A stretch of DNA of 64,000 bases from a bacterium. Its GTDB lineage: Bacteria > Hinthialibacterota > Hinthialibacteria > Hinthialibacterales > Hinthialibacteraceae. Made by a program: the position numbers and the translations under genes. Below are positions 31,138 to 41,200 of the stretch, one piece after another. The stretch is from positions 96,001 to 160,000 of the forward strand of contig CAXXSM010000132.1 of NCBI GenBank assembly GCA_963663405.2, written 5' to 3'. A model generated the notes under the pieces. The model ran no database searches. It saw only the letters and a list, made by a program, of their open reading frames with translations, and was not told the origin of the DNA. The stretch's first letter is position 1. Every line of letters begins with the position of its first letter.

Positions 31138-31300
31138 ATTTATTCTATATTCAATGGGATTGTGTAGAAATTCTCTAGTAAATCGTTCTTCATCCACTAT
31201 GCATTGAATCAATGCGATCGCGGCGCCATCTTGACACACGCTCTTTCCTAAATTAACGTTTGTATTGTATTTAAGTTATCATCAGTGAAATTGGATTGAA

Positions 31301-33593
31301 ATGAACAGTGTCGAAGCAGTCTTGGATTCTTTCCGGTCTGATGCGCGGTTTCGAAACAACATTACGTTCTGGCATACCATCCCGCCGGAACCGGCGGTGT
31401 ATGGCGATTGGCCGGAAGGATTTAACGCGGATTTACAAGCGCTTGCTCGAGAAACGGGGTATTCAACAACTCTATTCCCATCAATCGGAAGCGATTGAGC
31501 GAGCGTTGCAGAGAGAAAACATCATCGTTGTCACTCCTACCGCGTCCGGAAAAACTTTATGTTATAACCTGCCGGTATTAAATCACCTTGTCACGGAGAA
31601 TCCGGAAGCGCGGGCTTTGTATCTCTTCCCGACGAAAGCTCTCTCACAGGATCAGCTGCTTGAACTGCGTGAACTGTCATCAGGTTTGGGACGGGATATC
31701 AAAGTACACACATTTGACGGCGACACCCCACAGAACGCCCGCAGGGCGATTCGGAACTCCGGCCATATCGTTGTTACCAATCCTGATATGCTGCATACAG
31801 GTATTTTGCCCCATCATACATTATGGATTCGCCTGTTTGAGAACCTTCGCTATGTTGTTGTAGATGAGGTGCATCATTATCGTGGTGTATTCGGCAGTCA
31901 TCTTTCGAATTTGATGCGCCGGTTGAAAAGAATTTGCCGATTTTATGACTCGAATCCCCAATTTATCTGCTGCTCGGCGACCATCGCCAATCCAAGAGAA
32001 CTGTCGGAGAAATTATTCGGAAGGCGGTTTTCTTTAATCGATCAAAACGGGGCGCCACGCGGTGAGAAGCATTTTATTTTATACAATCCACCTGTCGTGA
32101 ATCAGGAATTGGGGATACGAAAATCCGTCATTAACGAAGCCAGCCGCATCGCCGGTTCGTTTTTATTAAAGGATGTCCAGACGATCGTTTTTGGCCGCAG
32201 CCGCCTGCGGGTTGAAATCCTCACGACTTATCTTAAGCGAAAGATGGAGCGCGCCAAGAAAGATCCGGACCGGATCCGGGGCTATCGTGGCGGATATCTC
32301 CCCAGCGAACGCCGCGATATCGAAGAAGGCACACGGACCGGCCGTTATCTCGGTATAGTGAGTACAAACGCATTGGAACTCGGGATCGACATCGGGCGGT
32401 TGAAAGTGGCTGTTTTGGCGGGGTATCCGGGCACGATCGCATCCACTTGGCAACAGGGTGGACGAGCCGGACGTTCCCAGGAAACATCCGTTGTTGTGCT
32501 GGTGGCCAGTTCCGCTCCCTTGGATCAATTTATCATTCAACACCCCCGCTATTTCTTTGGTTCCACGCCGGAAAGCGGTTTGATCAATCCCGATAACCTG
32601 GCTATTATGGTCAGCCATCTAAAATGTGGAGCGTTTGAACTCCCCATTGAAGATCAGGAGAACTTCGGCGCGTTAGAGTTGGGTGGAGTGCTCCGCTATT
32701 TAGAAGAAGAACGGGTTCTGCGTCATTCCGGGGATAAGTGGTTTTGGTCGAACGAAGCGTATCCGGCGGAGGAGATCTCTCTACGGTCGGCGTCCTCGGA
32801 AAACTTTGTCATCCTGAATACGTCTGATGAGAACCGCGTGATCGGAGAAGTTGATCTGCACAGCGCGCCCATGCTGATTCACGAACAAGCCATCTACCTG
32901 CATCAAAGTAAGCAATTCGTGATTGACCAACTCGATTGGGATGGGCGCCGGGCGTTGGCGCGGGAGGTGGAAGTTGATTATTACACCGATTCGATCGAAG
33001 AGAGTGATATCAAAGTGCTTTCACAGGAGTTTAGTGAACAGATTGATGCAGAGACGTGTGATGGAGCCACTCATGCCGTTCGTAATTTTGGGGATGTCGC
33101 AGTAAGCACACTCGTTCCTAAATACAAAAAAATCCGGTTTGAAACTCATGAGAATGTAGGATTTGGCGCGATCCATCTCCCCCAATTGGATAAACAGACG
33201 GAATCCTATTGGGTGGAGTTCTCAGAGGCGCTTTCCATGAAACTGATTGAAGAGGGCGCCGATCTGGGGGGAGGGATTCGGGCGCTGGCGACGGCGCTGT
33301 GTAACGTTGTTCCCGTATTTGTTCTCTGCGATCCAAAAGATATCCGCTCCGCTCCAATGGTACGCGCGCCCTTTTCAGGCCTTCCCACAATTTATTTATA
33401 TGATGTGTATCCCGGCGGTATCGGGATCGCCCGGCGGATCTACGATATTGACCAGCGGCTGTTCAAAGCGGCGGGAGAATTGATCCGTGACTGCCATTGC
33501 CGGAACGGCTGCCCATCCTGCGCCGGTCCCCCACTGGAAATCGGGGAACGCGGCAAAAAAAGCGCCCTTGAAATCGCGAAGTATTTGATATAA
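31301..33593 (+). CDS. DEAD/DEAH helicase with C-terminal DUF1998 (MrfA/Hrq1/SftH-like); one frameshift near 31440
   Basis: TPTASGKT, VDEVH, SATIANP, TNALELGIDIG, C-terminal CHCRNGCPSC. Confidence 0.92.
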
Positions 33594-33600
33594 ATCCTCT

Positions 33601-33626
33601 ATGGAACGCGGGTGTCCCGCCCGTGA
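33601..33626 (+). repeat. REP-like hairpin (copy 1)
   Basis: atggaacgcgggtgtcccgcccgt, similar to 60131-60155. Confidence 0.5.
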
Positions 33627-33727
33627 ATGAACCTCTACTTCGTTAATAAAGAACATACACTACTTGTAAAAAAAAGCATCTCCATCCCAATCCAACCAAT
33701 AAAAAAACCACTTTTTTCCAAATTTTC

Positions 33728-33771
33728 TTGACACGCCTACAGTTTGTGGTTACTATACCTACTTAAGTCGG
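33728..33771 (+). promoter_or_regulatory. Sigma70-like promoter with possible BlaI-type operators
   Basis: TTGACA 33728, 17 nt, TACTAT; imperfect palindromes ctaca-gtt-tgtgg and cctact-ta-agtcgg. Confidence 0.5.
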
Positions 33772-33790
33772 CTTGCAAGGAGTAAAAGCA

Positions 33791-34204
33791 ATGAATGATG
33801 ATTCTCTGGCGCCGTTATCCGAGGCGCAACAGGAAATTATGGAAATTGTATGGAAACGTGGGGAAGTGTCGGTCAATGAAGTTCGCGACTCATTGGCCAA
33901 GCATCGCGCAATAGCCCGGAATACCGTTCAAACGCTCATGACTCGAATGCTGGAGAAAGGATGGCTTAAGTATCGAACCATCGGGCGCGCGTTTCTGTAT
34001 TCGGCGGTTGTGCCCAAAAAGACTTCCATGGGGCAAAAAGTCAAAGAACTGGTCGATTCCGCTTTTGGCGGCTCCGCGGAAGAATTAATGTCCGCGCTGT
34101 TGGATTATCGTGGACTCACGAAGGAAGAGGCGGATCGAATTCGAGCGTTGATTGACGCGTCCGAAAAGGATCGGGACGTATCGAAACGGAAGGGGAAATC
34201 ATGA
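33791..34204 (+). CDS. BlaI/MecI/CopY family repressor
   Basis: LSEAQQEIMEIVW..ARNTVQTLMTRMLEKGWL..GRAFLYSA..FGGS. Confidence 0.93.
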   Translation: MNDDSLAPLSEAQQEIMEIVWKRGEVSVNEVRDSLAKHRAIARNTVQTLMTRMLEKGWLKYRTIGRAFLYSAVVPKKTSMGQKVKELVDSAFGGSAEELMSALLDYRGLTKEEADRIRALIDASEKDRDVSKRKGKS

Positions 34205-36078
34205 ATGTGTTGTTGAACCTGTACCCGGGACATTGGTTCACGCATCATGTTTTGACTTTCTTGGCGCAGAGCGCCGCGTTGATTGGCATTGGTTTAGGCG
34301 TATCAAGAATGCTTCAATGGAATGCCGCGAGCCGGTACCAATTGCTGCTGGCCACTTGGTTAGCTATCGCGCTTCTGCCTTTCGCATCATTGTGTGTGCA
34401 ACAGTCAGGATTGAGCTGGATCACCTCACCATATTTTCTTTCGGATGTGGGTGAAACTTCATCAAAAGAGAGTGCGAATGAGCTGGATGTAGAGATGGAG
34501 GCGGCGTATTCCGGTGATCCGGATACCTTGTTTGATGAATATGCGTCCACCTTTTACATTCCGGAGCTCATGCGCGCGACGATCGCGGGATTCTTTCTCG
34601 TCTGGTTGTGTGGTGGAGTGATCCTGTTGATTCGTCTTCTTTCCTGCGTGGTAAAACTCCAGCGCGCATATCATCGCGCGATTCCGTACCAGACTGGCAG
34701 GATCGAATCGATCTGCCGTTCAATCGCGCAAGAATTGGGTATCCAATGGACTCCCCCGGTCGTTCTCTCATCCACGATCGGCGCTCCAGGAGTGCTGGGA
34801 TACCTTCAACCGAAGATTGTGATTCCAAAAAAAATCGTTGACCGGCTCAGCGAAGATCAATTGCGGCAGATTCTGCTGCATGAGACCGCCCATATCATCC
34901 GGCGGGATCCTTGGTTTGCCTTGGCTCAAAAATGCCTGAACGCCGTTTTGTGGCCTCATCCGTTGTTGTATTTGCTCAATCGGGCCATTGCGAGAGCGCG
35001 GGAAGAGGTGTGTGACAACTACGTGCTCAATTCCACGGATTGCGCCATCTATGGGCGGACGCTGGTCGATCTGGCGGAAGTCATTCCATCCGTGCGGTTT
35101 TCCACCGCGTCAATCGGATTGCTCCCCAGCCGCTGGCTGCTGGAGGAGCGTGTCACGCAACTAATCAATACGAGGAGAAAAATCATGAAAAAATCAAACC
35201 CAACAACCATCGCGGGCATCATCGCCGGCGCCGTTTTAATTACTGCTGTCTTCGCTTTCGGTCATCCCGTCTGGGGAGGGGATAAAATCGCAAAGAAAGA
35301 AAAGGCCGCAAAGGTTTCCAAGATGGGCGAAAAAGCTGGAATGGAACTCTATCTGGAGCAAGTACAGAAGAAACTCCAAAAAGCGGTTGAAGCGGGTGAA
35401 TTGACCCAAGAAGAAGCCGACAAGAAATTTCAAGAAATAAAACAAAAAAACAAGAATAGTAAAAAGATTGATATAGGCTCTAAAGAATGGAAAGAGGGGA
35501 TCGATTTTTATCTAAAAGAGACCTGGAAGAAGCTCCAGCAAGGAGTCGAAGAAGGCAAACTGACCAAGGAAGAGGCCGCCGCGAAGTTTGAAGAGATCAA
35601 GAAACATACGTTCGAAAAGGCCAAAGCGGAGCAAAGCGAAAAAGCCAAGATCGACGCCCATCTCAAAGAAGTCTGGGCGAAACTCCAGGAAGGCGTCGAA
35701 GCCGGTAAACTGACCAAAGAAGAAGCCGCCAAGAAGTTTGAAGTCATCAAACAAGATGTTTTAAAAGAGGCGCAGGCCAAGGCTCAGCAATCGAGCGAGG
35801 AGGAAAAAATCGCCGCGTATCTCGAACAAACCTGGGCGGGTCTCCAAAAAGAAGTTGACGCGGGCAATCTAACAATGGTCGAAGCCAAACAAAAAATGGA
35901 TGCCGTCAAAAAAGAGATCTCGGAAAAACAGAAGGTCAAACTAAGAATGAAAGAGAAATCAGACGCTTATTTCCAAAATGTCTGGTCGAAACTCAATGCG
36001 CTGGTTGAAAAAGGCGAACTCACCAAAGAAGACGCCGCTATCATGCTGGGCGCCCTGAAAAATCGGGGCAATAAATAA
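34201..36078 (+). CDS. M56 (BlaR1-like) metallopeptidase with five C-terminal helical repeats
   Basis: TM helices, LLHETAHI (HExxH), REEVCD; ATGA-coupled to BlaI. Confidence 0.92.
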   Translation: MNVLLNLYPGHWFTHHVLTFLAQSAALIGIGLGVSRMLQWNAASRYQLLLATWLAIALLPFASLCVQQSGLSWITSPYFLSDVGETSSKESANELDVEMEAAYSGDPDTLFDEYASTFYIPELMRATIAGFFLVWLCGGVILLIRLLSCVVKLQRAYHRAIPYQTGRIESICRSIAQELGIQWTPPVVLSSTIGAPGVLGYLQPKIVIPKKIVDRLSEDQLRQILLHETAHIIRRDPWFALAQKCLNAVLWPHPLLYLLNRAIARAREEVCDNYVLNSTDCAIYGRTLVDLAEVIPSVRFSTASIGLLPSRWLLEERVTQLINTRRKIMKKSNPTTIAGIIAGAVLITAVFAFGHPVWGGDKIAKKEKAAKVSKMGEKAGMELYLEQVQKKLQKAVEAGELTQEEADKKFQEIKQKNKNSKKIDIGSKEWKEGIDFYLKETWKKLQQGVEEGKLTKEEAAAKFEEIKKHTFEKAKAEQSEKAKIDAHLKEVWAKLQEGVEAGKLTKEEAAKKFEVIKQDVLKEAQAKAQQSSEEEKIAAYLEQTWAGLQKEVDAGNLTMVEAKQKMDAVKKEISEKQKVKLRMKEKSDAYFQNVWSKLNALVEKGELTKEDAAIMLGALKNRGNK

Positions 36079-36896
36079 ATGTAACCTCCCTTCAGCGGCG
36101 TTATAGACAGAATTGAAAACGCCGTCCTGACAATCGAAAGCGCGGTTGTGTTGGACACTCCTTCCAACACAACCGCGTGGCAAAAACCGGAATACTTCCG
36201 ATTTAGTCTTTTCAATTATATTAAAACCACCACATTACACGATTTATTCCGCTTCTTTCGACGCCATCTCACGTTCGGCGATGATATCCTCAAGATATTC
36301 CTTTTCCATTACTTGGTCATCGTGGAGTATTTTTAACTAGTGGAATTCAGTGATCAAATTTTCTATATTCAGATTAAACAGGTAATTCAATACTTATCCA
36401 TAAGCGCTCTTTTTAAAATATCCTGCAGAATACAGCGGATCGTTTGTTCGAAAAGGGGATAGAGGAAGATGATGCAAGATGAGCAAACGCTGGTTACAAG
36501 ACTTAATCTTGACGTCTACTGAGTGATGAAGATATTTCTACAATGAATTAATACTATTCATAAATTCTTAGTATCAATCGGCGGAAGCGTGGGGATAATA
36601 AATTGGAGGAACTTTTTTCCTGTAGACAGAACTTTTTTCCCATGAGGAGAAACGAACAAAATAAATAGTATTTTTTAATAAACCATTCTTGTCATTACGC
36701 CTTTCTAATCTTTTATGGGATTCATTGATTTTGACATTTTTCTCTTTCTCTTCATTTCCTCTAGAAACAGTAACAACACGTACGATTGAATAGGAACCGC
36801 AACGATTTCGATTTTTTTAGTTTCCAATGGAACATTTCTTGCTGTTTCGTTTCTTGCTTTACGATCCATATTTTCTAAAAGAGAGGAGGTGAGATA

Positions 36897-37469
36897 ATGA
36901 ATGTCGGAAGTGTGCAGTATAGCCAAACAGCATACCAACCAACAGGCGCTCGAGGAACGCAACAACAGGATTTTGAAAGCATCATGGAACAAAAGCGCGC
37001 CGAATTAGAGAAGGCGGTTGAATCTGGCGCCATTGATACAGATGAGTTACAAGAGAAACTGCAAGCTCAGTTTGGGGATGCTGTAAACGAAGCGTTTGGT
37101 GAAGACGGCAGTGTCGATTTCGAGAAGTTAGACGAAATAATACAAAGCCAAATGGGACAAGTTGGTCAGGGCATGCCTCCTGGTGGGATGCCGGGAATGT
37201 CCGGACCACCGCCGGGCGGTCCACCCCCCAATGGCGGCCAACTGGATCCCGAAGAAATGCAAGCCAAATTGGCCAGCATCTTCGGAGAGGATGCGGAAGG
37301 TATCGTGAGTGAGGATGGAGAGATTGATTCGGAACGGTTGCAAGAATTAATCGAGGAAAACAAGAATTCCGATTTCGGAAGTGGGTATAGATCCCCCTTT
37401 AGTTCAAACTCGATGGATTCCGGATCATCTTTTATGATGCGCGCTGTATTCGTTGATCAGAACGCATAA
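36897..37469 (+). CDS. Hypothetical protein with two EF-hand-like repeats and a G/P-rich linker
   Basis: SD ggaggt; FGDAVNEAFGEDGSVDFEKL vs FGEDAEGIVSEDGEIDSERL. Confidence 0.75.
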   Translation: MNVGSVQYSQTAYQPTGARGTQQQDFESIMEQKRAELEKAVESGAIDTDELQEKLQAQFGDAVNEAFGEDGSVDFEKLDEIIQSQMGQVGQGMPPGGMPGMSGPPPGGPPPNGGQLDPEEMQAKLASIFGEDAEGIVSEDGEIDSERLQELIEENKNSDFGSGYRSPFSSNSMDSGSSFMMRAVFVDQNA

Positions 37470-37475
37470 AAAAAC

Positions 37476-37552
37476 GAGCGTAACAATTCCCTGCGGCTAA
37501 AGGAATGGCTGACAAACCTGACTACGCGGAGGGGGTTGTTACGCTCTCTTTT
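37476..37552. terminator. 17-bp stem with a large structured loop; possible bidirectional terminator or structured RNA
   Basis: gagcgtaacaattccct pairs with agggggttgttacgctc; A-run before, T-run after. Confidence 0.6.
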
Positions 37553-37775
37553 GTAATTATACACGGCATTTTCCTTTTGAAAGCAAATTTAATAGGAAAA
37601 ATTCTGTAAAAATATTTTGTAAGCGGTTTGGGTATGAAAGGAGATATAAAATCGGAATCCGTTGCGCAAAAATTCTAAAACAAGACGCATCAATCCATCC
37701 TTCCCCAAATATGGGCAAGGAAAAGAGCATTAATGCAACGCTGATTAAAAGGTAACGGATTCGAGAGAAGAGAAA

Positions 37776-38063
37776 TTAGAAGATACTTAACATCCGTTCG
37801 GTGTCATCTAAAATTTCCCGGCTGATTCCACTCTTTTTCACTTTTGTGATCAACCGGTTTCGAATCGCCGCAATATCATCCAAACGCTCGTCCAGTTCCG
37901 CTGCGCGTTCGGGCGTCGCGGTCTCTTTTTCAGCCAGCGCTTGTTCCGTGATTTCATTGATACGATTCATATTCTTCATGTATTCTTCAATTGCGTTTTC
38001 AACGGCTTGATCGGATGCAACCATAAGAACTCCTCGTCCTTTATTCATTATAGTCTCACTCAA
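37776..38063 (-). CDS. Small hypothetical helical protein (start may be 38048)
   Basis: Charged amphipathic ORF; no family recognised. Confidence 0.55.
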   Translation of the reverse strand: MSETIMNKGRGVLMVASDQAVENAIEEYMKNMNRINEITEQALAEKETATPERAAELDERLDDIAAIRNRLITKVKKSGISREILDDTERMLSIF

Positions 38064-38254
38064 GGTGGTTTCTATCTATAAAAAAAACACGCTTATGGAG
38101 AATAGCGGACTCCCTAAAAATGTGAAGCCCTTTCTCAATATTTATATTAAAATGATTTCGTGACTTACTCGTTCGTAATCGCCTCTGCAATCCATTTTTT
38201 TACGCGTTGTGATCGCCATGATTAAGGTATAATTAAAAAAACACACTAATTTAA

Positions 38255-38289
38255 CCTTCAGTCTTCAGCCTTCAACCTAATCCCCTAAA
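38255..38289 (+). repeat. Solo copy of the heptad-built repeat
   Basis: ccttcagtcttcagccttcaacctaatcccctaaa, 35/35 identical to 23513-23547. Confidence 0.93.
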
Positions 38290-38292
38290 AAA

Positions 38293-41200
38293 TTATAATG
38301 CTTTTTCCAAGGAATATTGAAGATCGGGAATCACCCGTCCGTAAAGGTCTGTGATTTCAAAATAGAATCCCCATGCGCCCGTACTTTCCGTCACTTTGAT
38401 CAAAAAATGATTCCAGCCCTGGTTCAGATTCGTTACGGCCTGCGCGGCGCTGGGAATCGCGGAGCCCATGCGTTGTTTGGCATAGAGTTTCTTATAATTA
38501 TGGTAGATGATGATTCCTTCATCCGCCCCGAATTCTATACGAGCGGGCCGTTCTTTGGGGGAATAAATCCCTAGATACGCGAAGGCGACCGCGTTGTCGT
38601 TCGGAGACAAAAGTGTGTTAAAATCGATATAGCCAGTCGGAGATTGATAGGGAGTCCAAGTCAGAGATCGAGTTTTCCCCTCGTACTCGGCTTTCGTGTC
38701 GATATCCATCTCCGGAGGATAGATACGGTCGAATCCTTCTCCCTCCCGATTTACGAATGGACCTACGATCAACCATTGTTTCAAGAACGAATGACCTACG
38801 GAAAAAATCTGTTCCCGCCGGAAGGGAAGACCTTCCCACGTTCCCGTCAATACAACGGCTAATTCGTATCGGTTTTCCCACAAGGACTGCGTGGGCGTAA
38901 CGGTATAACGAAGACGGTATTCATCTTTCGGTTTCTCGGTTGATTCAAACGAAACGCGATCGGAAGAAACGGCTCTCCAACCGGCCGGCGCATTCAACCG
39001 CAGCCGGAAATCAGCGGAAACAAGAAACGGATTCATCACCTGCGCGGTGACGGAAAATGGATCAACTCCTACGCCGGTATCTCCTGTGACAACGCGTAAT
39101 TGCAGAGGCGCGAAATACCCCGCCAATTCCGATAATAGAACGGGATCGCCATCTCCAGAATCTAGTATTTTCCGCCATTCGCGCATTTCTTTCTTCACCC
39201 GTTCAAACGCGGAAACCGCCGCTTCCGGTTCCACGGTGGGAAGAGTGGATTCACGGGCGTCGTGATCTTCCGCCGGGCAGATCGTGACGCGAATCCCCCG
39301 GAGAAGCGTATCCACTTCGAGCGCCCGATCCACCGCTCCCTGCAAGGTCCAAAGCCGGTCCAACAGACGGGTACGATCCGGATTGTCGACTAATCGCCGC
39401 GCCGTATCCGCGCACGCGTTCCGCAGGAAACGGAGCCACTCGTACTCCTCATGTTTCAATGGACTGGTTTGAAGCAAAATCGGAAACGATTCCAAGCCAT
39501 CCGCCGCCACCGCCAGCCGCTCTCCATTCAGATAGATCAAGTCTTCCTCGCGCCGGGAGCCGGTCAATTCGAGGTGAATCATCTGATGGCTCCGCAGTAA
39601 ATTTACCGCAGTGAATGAAAAACCGGGTACGGTTTTCGCGGCTTGTTCAATCGAGCATTTCGCGCCCAGGTTTGTGATTTCGTTCCGGTCAGTGTCGACC
39701 AATATTTTTCCACAGTTTTTTTGCGCCAAAACCAAGGTCAGCGTATCGCCTCGCCGCAGAGAAAGCGGATTATTGAATCCATACGTCCGTTGATTTACAC
39801 GCGAGAAATCCGTTCCCGGAACATACGAACCGTTGTGCATAACCCGCAGCAAAGTGTGATTGCTGTCAACTGTGTTGGGCAGCAGACAGGCGGCTTGCAG
39901 AAGATTTGATTTTTTACTGGAGGGCGCCTGGTCGAAATGAAGGTTGTATTCCACCTGCCCCGTTAATCTGGATCGAGTCCATTCGATCGTTCCCGAATAC
40001 AAAGGCGTCGTGAATGGAAACGAAAAGCGATCCAACTCACCGAGGGGTTGAAATCCTACAATGATACAGCGCCTCCGCATTTCCAGTTGGGCGCCCGCGA
40101 CACTATCGAGAAAGGTCCATGAAGAGAGCGCCGCTGCGCTGGCTCTCGCGCCGTCCCCTGTTTGCAACGCGTTCTTCCAAGGACTCTCGAAAAGATCAGC
40201 GCCGCGCGCGTCTAAGCGTCGTTCGCATTCCCAGGCGGCGTTTGTGTATCCGTATAACGCCAGCGTTGATACGCCGAATGATTCAAAAAAAGGAGGAAAT
40301 GTGATCGCTCGATAGACATCCGGCGATCCGTGAGAAAACATTCCCAGCAAAGAAACAAGGGATTGGTGAACCTGGCTGCGATCAAATAGGGGCCGCCACC
40401 CTTCCCCGGCGGCGAACCATTCTCCAGGAAACGCTTCCGGCAGCAACACGCCTGAATCCGGGGCGCTGGGCCGGTTGGAGTCAAAGTAGCGATTAAAAAA
40501 CCGTCCATTCCAAAGTTGACTCGCCGTGTTGTTAAGCGCCCGTTCGCGTGTCCGGTGGCATTGGGTTTGAAGATCGTAATTATTGAACCATGAACTCCAT
40601 TCCTCTCCGGCTTCCAACGCCGCCGCCCAGAGGGACGCGGAATAAACCGAGGCGCCTTCTCTTATTTCATCCTGCCAAAATGATGGGCCGTCCGGGATCG
40701 AATCGCCGTTCTTGTCTTCCCCAATTAACCAATTGAGCGCCGCGTTGATGTGAGGATACAGCGCCTTTAGAAATTCTTCATCCCCGCTGGTGAGGTAGTA
40801 TTTATAGGTTAAAAGAATGAACGCGCCCGTTGAATCGGGCCGTCCTGGAAATCCGCCGGGAATATCCCCCGTCCCGATTGTTGTATAGAGATTCCCCACC
40901 GTGTTGGGAACTTCTCCCGTCGCTAGCTGACAATCAGCGAATTGATGGATCTGCTCCTTCAACCAATCTGGATACCAGCGCAGCCAAAATCCAATCGATG
41001 CGAGATACTCTTCCGGTGAAGTCAGGTTTCCCGGATACCGTGCGTCCCCCGTCAGTGTGAAGAACCTTCCGTCTTTCAAGCGCACACTTGACGATGGAAT
41101 CGAGGCCAGCGTATTCATCAATCGCTCGGACATCCATTCCGGAAGCGAAGATTCTAGAATCGGGCGCCGCTCCTCCTCGATTTGGCGTAGCAATTCCTGC

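Noticed and set aside
31301-33593. DISARM or Druantia defence system
   Set aside because: The helicase and DUF1998 are fused in the MrfA/Hrq1 style and no methylase, drm or dru genes are adjacent.
36244-36561. Minus-strand decayed ORF or stop-codon readthrough
   Set aside because: Three internal stops in 105 codons is close to chance, no family is recognisable, and other genes use TAA/TAG as normal stops.
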